Assembly: GCA_965248195.1 (NCBI GenBank) | Contig: CBDFIQ010000001.1 | Span: 256,001-320,000 of the forward strand | Direction of reading: 5' to 3' | DNA length: 64,000 nucleotides | Source of the DNA: Longimicrobiales bacterium | GTDB taxonomy: Bacteria > Gemmatimonadota > Gemmatimonadetes > Longimicrobiales > Gaopeijiaceae | Part shown: positions 39,076 through 48,301 of the stretch, piece after piece | Position numbering within the stretch: the first letter of the stretch is position 1 | Layout: each line of letters begins with the position of its first letter | The notes under the pieces: model-generated | Databases searched by the model: none | Told to the model about the DNA's origin: nothing | What the model saw: only the letters and a program-made list of their open reading frames with translations | Translations under genes and position numbers: made by a program

Positions 39076-39308
39076 CAGGGCTCGGCGCCGTGGGCGGATG
39101 GGGTGGGTGTGATCGAGGGCTGACTCGTACACGGCGTGAGGTGGAGTGAATCCCGGACGGTGAGGCGGGTCCCGTGGCATCAACATAGCTGGACGGGACG
39201 ATGGCTCTGCGGCCCCAGGGATCGCCTCCCTTCGCCGCGCCGGGAAGAAAACCGCTTTAGCGCACACGCGGGGGGCAACTCCCAAAAGCCCAATTTGCGG
39301 AGGTCCGC

Positions 39309-39581
39309 ATGCAGCAAGTTCCCACCCGCCCGGATCCGCCGACCGACGAGGAGCTGAACGCGTACATTCTCACGCGCTATGCGCTTCTTGGGATCGACAT
39401 CTCCGTACTGCCCGAGTCGGATGAAGACGCGCCGATGGATCAGGAGCGCCTTCTCCGAAACGCCAGATCGATTCTTCGCCAGGACGTCACGGCTGCCGAC
39501 TTCGACATCGATCCGCAATTCCACCTGCCCGTGCCGTATCCCGCTCCCCTCACGGCGTGGACGGAGGAGGAATCACGATGA
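39309..39581 (+). CDS. Small acidic hypothetical protein coupled to the amidase (possible GatC/AtzG-like subunit)
   Basis: SD GGAGG; 90 aa; ATGA stop/start overlap with the amidase. Confidence 0.65.
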   Translation: MQQVPTRPDPPTDEELNAYILTRYALLGIDISVLPESDEDAPMDQERLLRNARSILRQDVTAADFDIDPQFHLPVPYPAPLTAWTEEESR

Positions 39582-41146
39582 GTGATGCGACTTCACGGGT
39601 CGACGTTCCCCAGGACGAGAGGGTTTCGCGTCGCTGGTTCGTCAATCGCATGGCGTGGGCCTCCTCCGCAGCCGCGATGGGTTCCCTGCTTTCGAGGGTG
39701 CCCGTCTGGGCGAGTGCCAGGGGTCCCGTTGTAACCGCGGAGGCGTTCGCGACGGACGTGCGTCTTCAGTCTGTCAGTGATCTCACCAGGCTCACGATGT
39801 CCGAGTCGATGAGCCTGATGCGTGCCGGGACCCTCGCGCCCGCGGATCTGGTCAACGCTTACGTGGACCGGATCGAGGCGTTCGACGGCATCTACGAGGC
39901 CTACGCGGACCGACCTGATCGGGAGGACCTGCTGGCCCAGCTGGACGGAACGCCTGACGGCGAGCAGCGCTCGCCACTCAGGGGGATGTGCCTGGCCCCG
40001 AAGGACAACTTCTACACGTCCGATCTGCTCACTGAAGGAGGGTCGCTCGTCTTCGAAGGCTTCCAACCCGACTACGACGCCACCGCGGTCGCCCTCATGC
40101 GGGCCGCAGGCGGTCTCATCGTCGGGAAGGGGCAGATGGGGAACCTGGCCGGAGGTCGCGCCCGAGTGTACGGCACCACGACACCCACCACGCGCAACGC
40201 GTGGAGTCCGGATGACGGGCGCTACAGCCCTGGCGGCTCGTCCTCGGGGCCTGCAACGGCAGTTGCGGCCAGGCTCGCGGTGGCGGGCCTCGGCACCGAG
40301 ACGGGTGGCTCGGTGATGGGGCCCGGCAACGCACAAGGACTCACCTGCATCAAGCCGACGTTCGGACGCATCTCCCTGCACGGCGTGATCCCTCTGAGCT
40401 ACACACGGGATCACGTCGGGGTAATGGCCCGTGACGCGAAGGATGCGGCGATTCTTTTGCAGGTCCTGGCTCAGCCCGACGCTAGCGACGCAAGGAGTCT
40501 CGGACTCCCTGCCGCGCCAAACTACGCACTGGCGGCCACGGCTTTCGGAGGGGATCGCCCGCGGGTTCGGTGGCCCACTCGCGTAGGCATCTGGCCCGAG
40601 TATCTGTCGGGCGACAACGAGCGCGTAAACGAGCTGCGTGGGGCCTTCATCAGCGAGCTCGAACGGAACCCCTCGGTGCAAATCGTGCCGGCGGTGACGC
40701 TCCCGGATCAGTGGGAGGAGCTGACGGAGGAGCCCCTTGGCGGGTCGCATGGCGACCCGACGGCGTTCTTCATCGAGCACCTGCGAAAGGACGTCCGGAA
40801 CTTCGCCGACCGGCTTCCTCGCTTCCTCAACGGGATGCTACAGAGCGCGGACACCTACGTGAAGGTGCAACAAGCGCGCAATCTGCTGCTGAGCAGGATG
40901 CTGACGCAGCTCTTCAACCAGTGTGATGTGGTCCTGACCACCGAGACTGGGGCTTTCGACGGTACGGGAATTCCGTTGATGTGCATGCCGATCGGTTTCG
41001 ATACCGACACCGATACGGGGAAAACCGTGCCCCGCGGCGTCGTCATGGCCGCACCGCCGTTCGGAGAAGAACGCTTGTTCGCAGTCGCCGCCGCATACCA
41101 GGCGATCACCGATTTCCACCAAACCTACGCGGCCGATCCCCCCTAG
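39578..41146 (+). CDS. Amidase-signature family enzyme with a Tat-like leader
   Basis: SRRWFV leader; LAPKDN (Lys), SPGGSSSG, LGTETGGSV, IKPTFGRIS..GVIPLS. Confidence 0.85.
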   Translation: MSDATSRVDVPQDERVSRRWFVNRMAWASSAAAMGSLLSRVPVWASARGPVVTAEAFATDVRLQSVSDLTRLTMSESMSLMRAGTLAPADLVNAYVDRIEAFDGIYEAYADRPDREDLLAQLDGTPDGEQRSPLRGMCLAPKDNFYTSDLLTEGGSLVFEGFQPDYDATAVALMRAAGGLIVGKGQMGNLAGGRARVYGTTTPTTRNAWSPDDGRYSPGGSSSGPATAVAARLAVAGLGTETGGSVMGPGNAQGLTCIKPTFGRISLHGVIPLSYTRDHVGVMARDAKDAAILLQVLAQPDASDARSLGLPAAPNYALAATAFGGDRPRVRWPTRVGIWPEYLSGDNERVNELRGAFISELERNPSVQIVPAVTLPDQWEELTEEPLGGSHGDPTAFFIEHLRKDVRNFADRLPRFLNGMLQSADTYVKVQQARNLLLSRMLTQLFNQCDVVLTTETGAFDGTGIPLMCMPIGFDTDTDTGKTVPRGVVMAAPPFGEERLFAVAAAYQAITDFHQTYAADPP

Positions 41147-41149
41147 GTT

Positions 41150-42106
41150 CTAGCCTTCGAACGCCGGGACCCGTACGAGCACGTAGGTAATGTGCCCGCC
41201 ATCCGGCACCAGATAGGCGTGAGGGGTTCTGGCCGGAATGTGGAGCACATCGCCGGCAGCCACGGGATATCGCGACCCCCCGTTAATTGAGGAGCCAGGG
41301 GCGTTCGACCGGCCGATCATCTCCCCGCCCACCAGCATGGTCCCCTCCCCGCTTTGTACAAACACGACATCGATAATGTCGTCGTGGAGCTCGGGCCTTC
41401 CGTCCCCATCCCGACGAATGAATCGAAAACGATGCGACGCGCCCCCCCGGCCGTAATCGGCCAGAGTCTCCCGGGCGGAATCGTCCGGACCCACCCTGGT
41501 CGCAAGGGTCGCATTCCGCCGTACCAGTTCCCTAGGCGTCCACATGCCGAATCCTGGCGGGTTTAGCCGAGGTGCCGCCCCGTCGGGATCAGCCACTACT
41601 TCGCCAACGAATACCGGGTTTCGCACCAGCACATACGTAACGTGTCCGCCATCCGGCACCAGATAGGCGTGAGGAGTCCCGGCCGGAATTCGGAGTATGT
41701 CGCCGGCAGTCACGGGATACCGATAGCCACCGTTGATCGCCGTGCCAACATCGCCCGTGCGGCCAAGCATTTCGCCGCCCACCCGCAGGGTCCCCGCCCC
41801 GCTCTGTATGTATACGACGTCGTCGATGTTGTCATGCAGCTCCGGCCTTCCGTCTCCATCTCGACGAATGAACCGGAAGCGATGTGATCCGGACGGGGTT
41901 ACGTAGTCGGCAAGAGTCTCCCGGGCGGAATCATCCCGCCCCACCCTGGTCCCGAGAGCGGAATTCCGCTCTTCCAGCTCCGAGGTGTCCCACATGATGA
42001 ATCCAGGCGGATCGGCCTGAAGGTTCGGCGCGAGAACAAGAGCAACCGCCAAGAAGGCAGGTGGCACCATGATGAGGGCACTCCTTATCAAGTTTTGGCC
42101 ATGCAT
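41150..42106 (-). CDS. Secreted tandem (bi-)cupin protein
   Basis: Signal peptide; two highly similar domains, each with PELHD..DVV..QSG.G and AGD.L.IPA.TPH. Confidence 0.8.
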   Translation of the reverse strand: MHGQNLIRSALIMVPPAFLAVALVLAPNLQADPPGFIMWDTSELEERNSALGTRVGRDDSARETLADYVTPSGSHRFRFIRRDGDGRPELHDNIDDVVYIQSGAGTLRVGGEMLGRTGDVGTAINGGYRYPVTAGDILRIPAGTPHAYLVPDGGHVTYVLVRNPVFVGEVVADPDGAAPRLNPPGFGMWTPRELVRRNATLATRVGPDDSARETLADYGRGGASHRFRFIRRDGDGRPELHDDIIDVVFVQSGEGTMLVGGEMIGRSNAPGSSINGGSRYPVAAGDVLHIPARTPHAYLVPDGGHITYVLVRVPAFEG

Positions 42107-42275
42107 CTTGCAGCGTCGCCGATAGTAGTCCGCGTGCAGAGGGCTCGCAATGTATACCACCGCCCTCGTCCCCCGAGGGCACCGACCAACATCCTTGCTT
42201 GGGCGAACGGCCAGGGCGTACGTTGGCCCCGCATTATCTCGTGAGGCGATCGTCCCCGGTCCATATGGAAAACGC

Positions 42276-42992
42276 ATGAGGGTTTCACACAGCCGATGGA
42301 CGATCGCCACGCTGCTCACCGTGGTCGCCAGCTCGGCCTGTGGTGGCGCCAGATCGGGAGTGGAGACGCCCCCGTCTCCGGCTGCGGTTTCGACCGCCGA
42401 GCTCGAGGCGCTTTACCTCGCCCGCTCCGACAGCGCCCGCATGCGATTCACCGAGGCGGACGTCGATTTCATGACCGGCATGATCAGCCATCACGCCCAG
42501 GCGCTCGAGATGGCGGGTCTCGCTCCCACGCGTGGGGCCAGCCCCTCGGTGCAGATCCTGACAGCCCGCACCATCAACGCTCAGCGAGACGAGATCACCT
42601 TGATGCAGCAGTGGCTCCGGGATCGCGGGCAGGCCGTTCCCGAGGTTTACACCGAGGGAGTCGACTCGACGGTGCGGGTGCCAGATGACGGGATGTTCAT
42701 GCCGGGGATGCTGACGGGTCAGCAGATGGGGGAGCTCGACGCAGCGAGGGGGCCGGACTTCGACCGCCTCTTCCTTACTTATATGATTCAACACCACGGA
42801 GGGGCCGTGATCATGGTTCACGACCTCTTCGCCACCGACGGCGCGGCGCTCGACGAGGCGGTCTTCAAGATCGCTTCCGACATCCAAGTGGATCAGACTA
42901 CCGAGATCGTGCGGATGGAGCGCATGCTGACCGAGATCGCTCGAATGGAGCGCAATCCAGGGGCGTTGCCCGCCAAGGGTCGGCTCCCTTGA
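42276..42992 (+). CDS. DUF305 (ferritin-like) lipoprotein
   Basis: Lipobox SSAC; ADVDFMTGMISHHAQALEM, MPGML, FDRLFLTYMIQHHGGA, DQTTEI..M. Confidence 0.88.
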   Translation: MRVSHSRWTIATLLTVVASSACGGARSGVETPPSPAAVSTAELEALYLARSDSARMRFTEADVDFMTGMISHHAQALEMAGLAPTRGASPSVQILTARTINAQRDEITLMQQWLRDRGQAVPEVYTEGVDSTVRVPDDGMFMPGMLTGQQMGELDAARGPDFDRLFLTYMIQHHGGAVIMVHDLFATDGAALDEAVFKIASDIQVDQTTEIVRMERMLTEIARMERNPGALPAKGRLP

Positions 42993-43027
42993 CTCACAGA
43001 CAGCCACTCTTTTTCCAGGACGTCCTC

Positions 43028-45043
43028 ATGACCTGCAAGCTTCCCGCGCACCAGCGCACCCCGTGGACAGTTGCTTACCACTTCTTGGCACTCCCGCTCG
43101 CTGCGGGCGTGCTTGGTCTGGCCGGCTGCGCCTCTGGCTCTGCCCCTTCGGGGACAGCCTCCGTGGCGCCCTCAGTGACGCTCGCCCGCACGGCAGCAGA
43201 GACTGCGCCGAGCCCCGACCCCCGTGTCGGCCTCGAGGCGGGGCTCTTCGATGCCGAAGAGGCGATATGGAACTTGAGCTTGATGTCGGCAACGCCACCC
43301 CCGCAGGACTTCGTGGGCATGACGAACTCCGACCTGGCCTTCAAGGATGACTACGCCATTCAGGGCAACTACAACGGCATCCAGGTGTGGAGCATCGAGG
43401 ATCCCCGACAGCCGTTGCTGGTGACGGGCTTTGTCTGCCCGGCGTCGCAAAGCGACGTCTCGGTCTACGGCGACCTTCTGTTCGTGTCCGGTGAGGGACT
43501 CGGCGGCCGGCTCGACTGTGGCACCGAGGGAGTCGACGAGTCCGTGAGCCCGGACCGCCTTCGTGGCATCCGGATCTTCGACATCAGCGACATCCGCAAC
43601 CCCGAGTACATCGCCAACGTGCAGACCTGCCGCGGGTCGCACACGCACACGGTGCTCAAGGACCCGAACGACGACCAGAACGTGTACGTCTACGTCTCCG
43701 GATCCTCGATGGTGCGTCCTGCCGAGGAGCTGGCCGGATGCTCCGGCGCTCCGTTGGACGAGGACCCCAATTCCGCGCTCTTTCGGATTGAGGTCATCAG
43801 AGTGCCGCTCGCCAATCCCGAGCAAGCTGCCATCGTGAGCTCGCCCCGGATCTTCACCGGCCTCGTCGCGCCCCCGGTCCATGGCCTGGCGCCTGACGAC
43901 CTCGCCGCCCTCGAGGAGGCGCGGGCGCGGGGTGCTTTCATCGCCGAATTCCCCGATGAACCGCAGATATTGCCGGACCCGCAGGTCGCGAACCTCCTAG
44001 CACAAGTCGTGGCCCGGCGCGGGGGCAGCGGCGCCGCGACGGCGGCGGACACCGTCGCCCTCCGCGCTTTCCTCGACGAGATAGTCGCTCAGCAGGCCGA
44101 CGCCGGTCCCGGCGCCGGTCCTACGCAGTGCCACGACATCACGGTGTACCCGGCGATTGGAGTGGCCGGCGGCGCTTGCGGCGGCTACGGGTTCCTCATC
44201 GACATCAGCGATCCCATCAACCCGGAGCGTATCGGGGCCGTCAGCGACGAGAACTTCGCCTACTGGCACTCGGCGACGTTCAACAACGACGGCACCAAAG
44301 TTCTCTTCACGGACGAGTGGGGAGGCGGAGGCGGGCCGAAGTGCCGCGCTAGCGATCCCACAGAGTGGGGTGCCGACGCGATCTTCACACTCGAAAACGG
44401 GCAGATGGAGTTCCAGAGTTACTACAAACTGCCCGCCCCGCAGACGCCAGAGGAGAACTGCGTGGCGCACAACGGCTCGCTGATCCCCATCCCGGGCCGC
44501 GACGTGATGGTACAGGGGTGGTACCAAGGAGGCATCTCGGTCTTCGACTGGACCGATCCAGGGAACCCGGTCGAGATCGCGTTCCACGACCGTGGGCCGC
44601 TGGACGCGACCCGCATGAGAATGGGCGGGAGCTGGTCGGTCTACTGGTACAACGGCGTGATCGTGAGCTCGGAGATCGCCCGTGGACTCGACATCTTCGA
44701 GCTCACGCCGAGCGCTCTCCTGTCGCAGAATGAGATCGACGCCGCCAAGTCGGTCAGGCTCGACTACCTGAACGCGCAGGGCCAGCCCCAGTTCGTCTGG
44801 CCGGCCACCTTCGCCCTCGCGGGAGCGTACCTGGACCAGCTCGAGCGGTCCGAAGGGCTGCCGGCGTCGCGGATCGAGTCCACGCGGCGGGAGCTCGCTG
44901 CTGCCGAGAGCGCCTCGGGGGCCGCGCGGCGGGGGGCGCTCGCCAGGATGGCCGACGAGCTGTCGGGTGAGGCCAGTGAGTCGCGCGACTCCGCCAGGGT
45001 GCGGATGCTGTCGGCGACCCTGCGGGAATTGGGGTCTCCGTGA
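43028..45043 (+). CDS. LVIVD-repeat beta-propeller lipoprotein
   Basis: Lipobox LAGC; NSDLAF, GIRIFDIS, QTCRGSHTHT, QCHDIT, YWHSATFNNDGTKV, ENCVAHNG, WYQGGISV. Confidence 0.8.
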   Translation: MTCKLPAHQRTPWTVAYHFLALPLAAGVLGLAGCASGSAPSGTASVAPSVTLARTAAETAPSPDPRVGLEAGLFDAEEAIWNLSLMSATPPPQDFVGMTNSDLAFKDDYAIQGNYNGIQVWSIEDPRQPLLVTGFVCPASQSDVSVYGDLLFVSGEGLGGRLDCGTEGVDESVSPDRLRGIRIFDISDIRNPEYIANVQTCRGSHTHTVLKDPNDDQNVYVYVSGSSMVRPAEELAGCSGAPLDEDPNSALFRIEVIRVPLANPEQAAIVSSPRIFTGLVAPPVHGLAPDDLAALEEARARGAFIAEFPDEPQILPDPQVANLLAQVVARRGGSGAATAADTVALRAFLDEIVAQQADAGPGAGPTQCHDITVYPAIGVAGGACGGYGFLIDISDPINPERIGAVSDENFAYWHSATFNNDGTKVLFTDEWGGGGGPKCRASDPTEWGADAIFTLENGQMEFQSYYKLPAPQTPEENCVAHNGSLIPIPGRDVMVQGWYQGGISVFDWTDPGNPVEIAFHDRGPLDATRMRMGGSWSVYWYNGVIVSSEIARGLDIFELTPSALLSQNEIDAAKSVRLDYLNAQGQPQFVWPATFALAGAYLDQLERSEGLPASRIESTRRELAAAESASGAARRGALARMADELSGEASESRDSARVRMLSATLRELGSP

Positions 45044-45996
45044 ACATCGGTTTTCATCTCAGGAGTAGCCAACTCTTGGGTCCAACGGGCCGCCTGTTCG
45101 CCGTGAGTCTTGGAGTGATGCCATGGATTGCGGCCTGCGCTGGCGGCAACGCCGCTAAGAAGGTCCTCGTCATCGGACTCGACGGCATACGTGTCGACAT
45201 TCTCGCTGAGACTACCACACCCAACATCGACAGACTGATTGCCGAGGGTTTCTTCGACGACCAGGCCCGCACCAATGTGCGGACCGTGAGCGGCCCCGGG
45301 TGGTCGAGCATGCTCATCGGGGCACGCACCGACAAACACCTTGTGAGCAGCAACAACTTCACCGGGAACGACTACGCAACCTACCCCGATTTCCTCACCC
45401 GACTCGAGCAGGTGGATTCGAGCTTCAACACGTTCGCGGTCGTCGATTGGGCGCCACTGGGCACGACCGCATCAGGCGGTCCGTTGTTCGGCGACGCCAT
45501 CGACGAGCTGCTCTTCTTCAACGCTGGTGCAGAGGGATACGCCCGGGCGGATTCGCTGTCGGTCGATGCCGCCGTGGTGCGGCTTGAGACTGGGGATATC
45601 GACGCGGCGTTCGTCTATATCGGTGACACCGATCAAGTGGCACATGCCACCAGTACGTACGCGCCGGAATACAAGACCGCCATCGAGGTGGCAGACGTGC
45701 TCGTCGGTCGGCTCGTTGCCGCGATCCAAGCCCGGCCTACCTACGCTGACGAAGACTGGCTCATTCTAATGTGTACCGACCACGGGCGAACCGACGAGGG
45801 GGGACACGGCGGAGACTCGGACAAAGAGCGGACAATTTTCTTCCTCGCGCACGGTCCTTCGGTTGTTCGAGAACCGATCGAGACTACACCCAACATTGTC
45901 GACATTGCCGTGACCGCATTGACACACCTTGGAGTGGAGATCGATCCAGCGTGGAATCTGGATGGAAGGTCAGTCGCCTTGGGAGGTGAGAGGTGA
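45040..45996 (+). CDS. Alkaline-phosphatase superfamily (type I phosphodiesterase/nucleotide pyrophosphatase-like) lipoprotein
   Basis: VIGLDG.R.D, TVSGPGWSS, DQVAH, TDHG, GHGG, LDGRS; GTGA overlap with the upstream gene. Confidence 0.85.
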   Translation: MNIGFHLRSSQLLGPTGRLFAVSLGVMPWIAACAGGNAAKKVLVIGLDGIRVDILAETTTPNIDRLIAEGFFDDQARTNVRTVSGPGWSSMLIGARTDKHLVSSNNFTGNDYATYPDFLTRLEQVDSSFNTFAVVDWAPLGTTASGGPLFGDAIDELLFFNAGAEGYARADSLSVDAAVVRLETGDIDAAFVYIGDTDQVAHATSTYAPEYKTAIEVADVLVGRLVAAIQARPTYADEDWLILMCTDHGRTDEGGHGGDSDKERTIFFLAHGPSVVREPIETTPNIVDIAVTALTHLGVEIDPAWNLDGRSVALGGER

Positions 45997-46026
45997 GGGG
46001 TGAGGGGTGAGGGGTGAGAGGGTGAG
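45985..46026 (+). repeat. Heptamer tandem repeat (GGTGAGR)n, about 6 units
   Basis: ggtgaga ggtgagg ggtgagg ggtgagg ggtgaga g ggtgag spanning the phosphodiesterase stop codon. Confidence 0.9.
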
Positions 46027-46048
46027 CCTCCAGCCACCAGGAGGAATC

Positions 46049-46456
46049 ATGAGAGCGTTCAGCTCAAGCATTGCACTCGTCGCGCTACTGGTGTCGGCGC
46101 CCACGGACGGAGCGGCACAGGCGGACCTCGCGGGAGACTGGGTCATCGAGATAACGAGCGAGGCCGGCGAGCCCCAGGTTCGCTTGCGGGTCGAAATCGC
46201 CATGCTGCAGGACGGTCGATTGCTGGGGGGGACAGGCCTCGCAGGCCCCAACGAACTCCCCGAGATGACGGGCTCGATCGAGGGGTCAACTGTCCAGCTT
46301 TTCTGGGCCACCGACTTTGAGGGGACGCCCGTCGACTTCCACTTCACCGGCACCGCCACGGAGGATGGCATGTCCGGATCAGTTGTCGTCGATTTTGGAG
46401 AGGGCGGCGTCTCCCAGAGCAACTGGACCGCAACAAGAGCCGGACCTTTGGCATAG
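46049..46456 (+). CDS. Small secreted beta-rich hypothetical protein
   Basis: SD AGGAGG; signal peptide; DLAGDW...WTATR pattern. Confidence 0.65.
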   Translation: MRAFSSSIALVALLVSAPTDGAAQADLAGDWVIEITSEAGEPQVRLRVEIAMLQDGRLLGGTGLAGPNELPEMTGSIEGSTVQLFWATDFEGTPVDFHFTGTATEDGMSGSVVVDFGEGGVSQSNWTATRAGPLA

Positions 46457-46471
46457 GGTACGCCCTCGACA

Positions 46472-46963
46472 TCACGTACCCCCGTTCTGCATGAGACCCA
46501 AGCTGAACAGCAGTGCGGCGACCATCGCGGCGGCCGTCCGAACGTGGTTCCACATTGTCCACCGGCCCAGGTAGTGCTCCCACACGTCACGGGCGGCGGG
46601 GTCGGTGGCGGACACAGCGGCCAACTGGTCGTTCAGGGGAACGTTCCCGAGCACGGTGACGAGGAAGGTGCCCACGAGGTAGAAAAGCGCCCCGCCCAAG
46701 AAGAAGACCGCGGAGGGACGACCCCAGCCTGCCAAGGCGAGCCCACCCGCGCCGAGCGACACCACGGCCGTTCCCATGAACGCACCCAGAAACGAAGGGT
46801 TGAGCACGACGACGTTGATCGACTGCATCGCGCCGATGCCCTCAGCAGGGGGCACGCGCGCCAAGGCCTTCATCACGAAGCTCGAGAACGCAAAGAAGAT
46901 CCCGCCCACCAGGGCGGAGCCTAGCAGGGCCGTCGTCCCGACGACCGGTATGAGCTGGTCCAT
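46472..46963 (-). CDS. DUF1772/anthrone oxygenase-family membrane protein
   Basis: GIFFAFSSFVMKAL, AMQSINVVV, GNVPLND.LA, WTMWNHVRT; SD AAGGAGG. Confidence 0.88.
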   Translation of the reverse strand: MDQLIPVVGTTALLGSALVGGIFFAFSSFVMKALARVPPAEGIGAMQSINVVVLNPSFLGAFMGTAVVSLGAGGLALAGWGRPSAVFFLGGALFYLVGTFLVTVLGNVPLNDQLAAVSATDPAARDVWEHYLGRWTMWNHVRTAAAMVAALLFSLGLMQNGGT

Positions 46964-46983
46964 TCCCCAACCTCCTTTCGAAG

Positions 46984-47829
46984 TCATGACGGTACGTCCC
47001 ACACGCCCGCAGCGGCGGTCTGGCGTGCAAACTCGGCGAAGTCCCGCGGCTCGCGACTCAGCGCTCGACGGACGCCGTCGGCCAGGTAAGCGTTCCGACC
47101 GTCGAGGACGGTGGCAAACAGATAGTTCAGCAGCCACAAGATGTCCTCTGGAAGGCCCGCCTCGGCCACGCCAGCCGCGAACGCCTCGGGCGGTATCTGG
47201 ATATATCGAATCGTGCGTCCGGTGGCCTGAGCGATCTCGTCCACCGCTTCAGCGAACGTGAGGAGTCGGGGCCCGGTGAGTTCGTAGATCTGGCCCGCGT
47301 GGCCGTCTTCGGTCAGCGCGGCGACGGCGACATCGGCGATGTCGTCCACGTCGACGAACGGCTCCGGGACGTCACCGGCGGGAAGCGTGATCTCGCCCGC
47401 GAGCACCATGTCGAGGAACTCTCCTTCGGAGAAGTTCTGGCAGAACCAGCTGGCGCGAACGACGGTCCACGCGACCTCCGGACGCTGGATGATCAGCTCG
47501 CACAGCTGCGCCTCTTCCTCCCCTCGACCCGACAGGAGGACCAGCCGCCGGACGCCGCGCTCGACGGCTCGCTCGACGAAGGCGCGGATGGCGTCGGTCG
47601 CTCCGGGGATGGCGAGGTCGGGGGCGTAGCTGATGTAAGCCGCGGTAACTCCATCGAGCGCGGCTTCCCACGTGCTCTCGTCCCCCCAGTCGAAGCGCGG
47701 ATCGCCGCCCCTCGACGCGACGCGCGTAGGCACGCTACGGTTCGCCAGCCGCTCCACGACGCGCCGGCCAGTCTTGCCGGTCCCGCCCAGAACGAGCGTG
47801 AGTCCTTCGGACCGTGTGGTGCTGTTCAT
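46984..47829 (-). CDS. NmrA-like NAD(P)H-binding protein
   Basis: VLGGTGKTGRRV, FDW.D..TW, LLSGRGE, WFCQNFSE, FVDVDDIADV, YELTGPRLLTF. Confidence 0.9.
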   Translation of the reverse strand: MNSTTRSEGLTLVLGGTGKTGRRVVERLANRSVPTRVASRGGDPRFDWGDESTWEAALDGVTAAYISYAPDLAIPGATDAIRAFVERAVERGVRRLVLLSGRGEEEAQLCELIIQRPEVAWTVVRASWFCQNFSEGEFLDMVLAGEITLPAGDVPEPFVDVDDIADVAVAALTEDGHAGQIYELTGPRLLTFAEAVDEIAQATGRTIRYIQIPPEAFAAGVAEAGLPEDILWLLNYLFATVLDGRNAYLADGVRRALSREPRDFAEFARQTAAAGVWDVPS

Positions 47830-47900
47830 GTCGTTCGACCTCCTCTGATACCGCTGACACCGCGTGATCGGGGTCCACTCGGAAAAGACCTTTGAAATCC

Positions 47901-48144
47901 TTATCCCTTGTCAGCGCTGAACTCCGATCTGGGCAGAAGCAGCTCCCGGGTGGGGAGGCGCGCGCTGGCAGCGAAACCCATCTTGTCTATTAGATGAGTG
48001 AAGCGTTCGTCGCTCCTTATCAGGCCCAGAAAACCAAAGGACGGAACAGAAATGAGTAGCGCCGAGTGCCTGCATGAGAGCCGTGTACCCGACCCCATCC
48101 GTGAACATCGCGGCTGAAAGACGACGTGGCTGTTCCTCGGTCAT
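47901..48144 (-). pseudogene. Head-and-tail relic of a class III adenylate/guanylate cyclase-TolB/TPR protein
   Basis: MTEEQPRRLSAAMFTDGVGYTALMQ (cyclase N-terminal motif) joined out of frame near 48068 to ..LIRSDERFTHLIDKMGF, the typical LRSDPRF..L...MG. C-terminal tail. Confidence 0.7.
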
Positions 48145-48301
48145 GCGGGGAACATGCGTCTAAGGCGTATTGAGCGGCAAGCGTGTCGCACGCTACCCGG
48201 ATCGTACCCAACGGGCTACGATGCCATCAACAGCGGTACGAATCCTGCGGCAGGTGTCATGGACGATGGTAACACTCACTCGGGGTGGAGGCTCGACGAC
48301 C

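Noticed and set aside
39175..39190. Sigma-54 -24/-12 promoter (TGGCATCAACATAGCT)
   Set aside because: GG-N10-GC spacing fits, but the -12 match is imperfect, it lies beside an IS91 remnant and no activator is nearby.
39578..41146. Annotation as gatA/gatC
   Set aside because: Tat-like leader, divergent motifs and no gatB.
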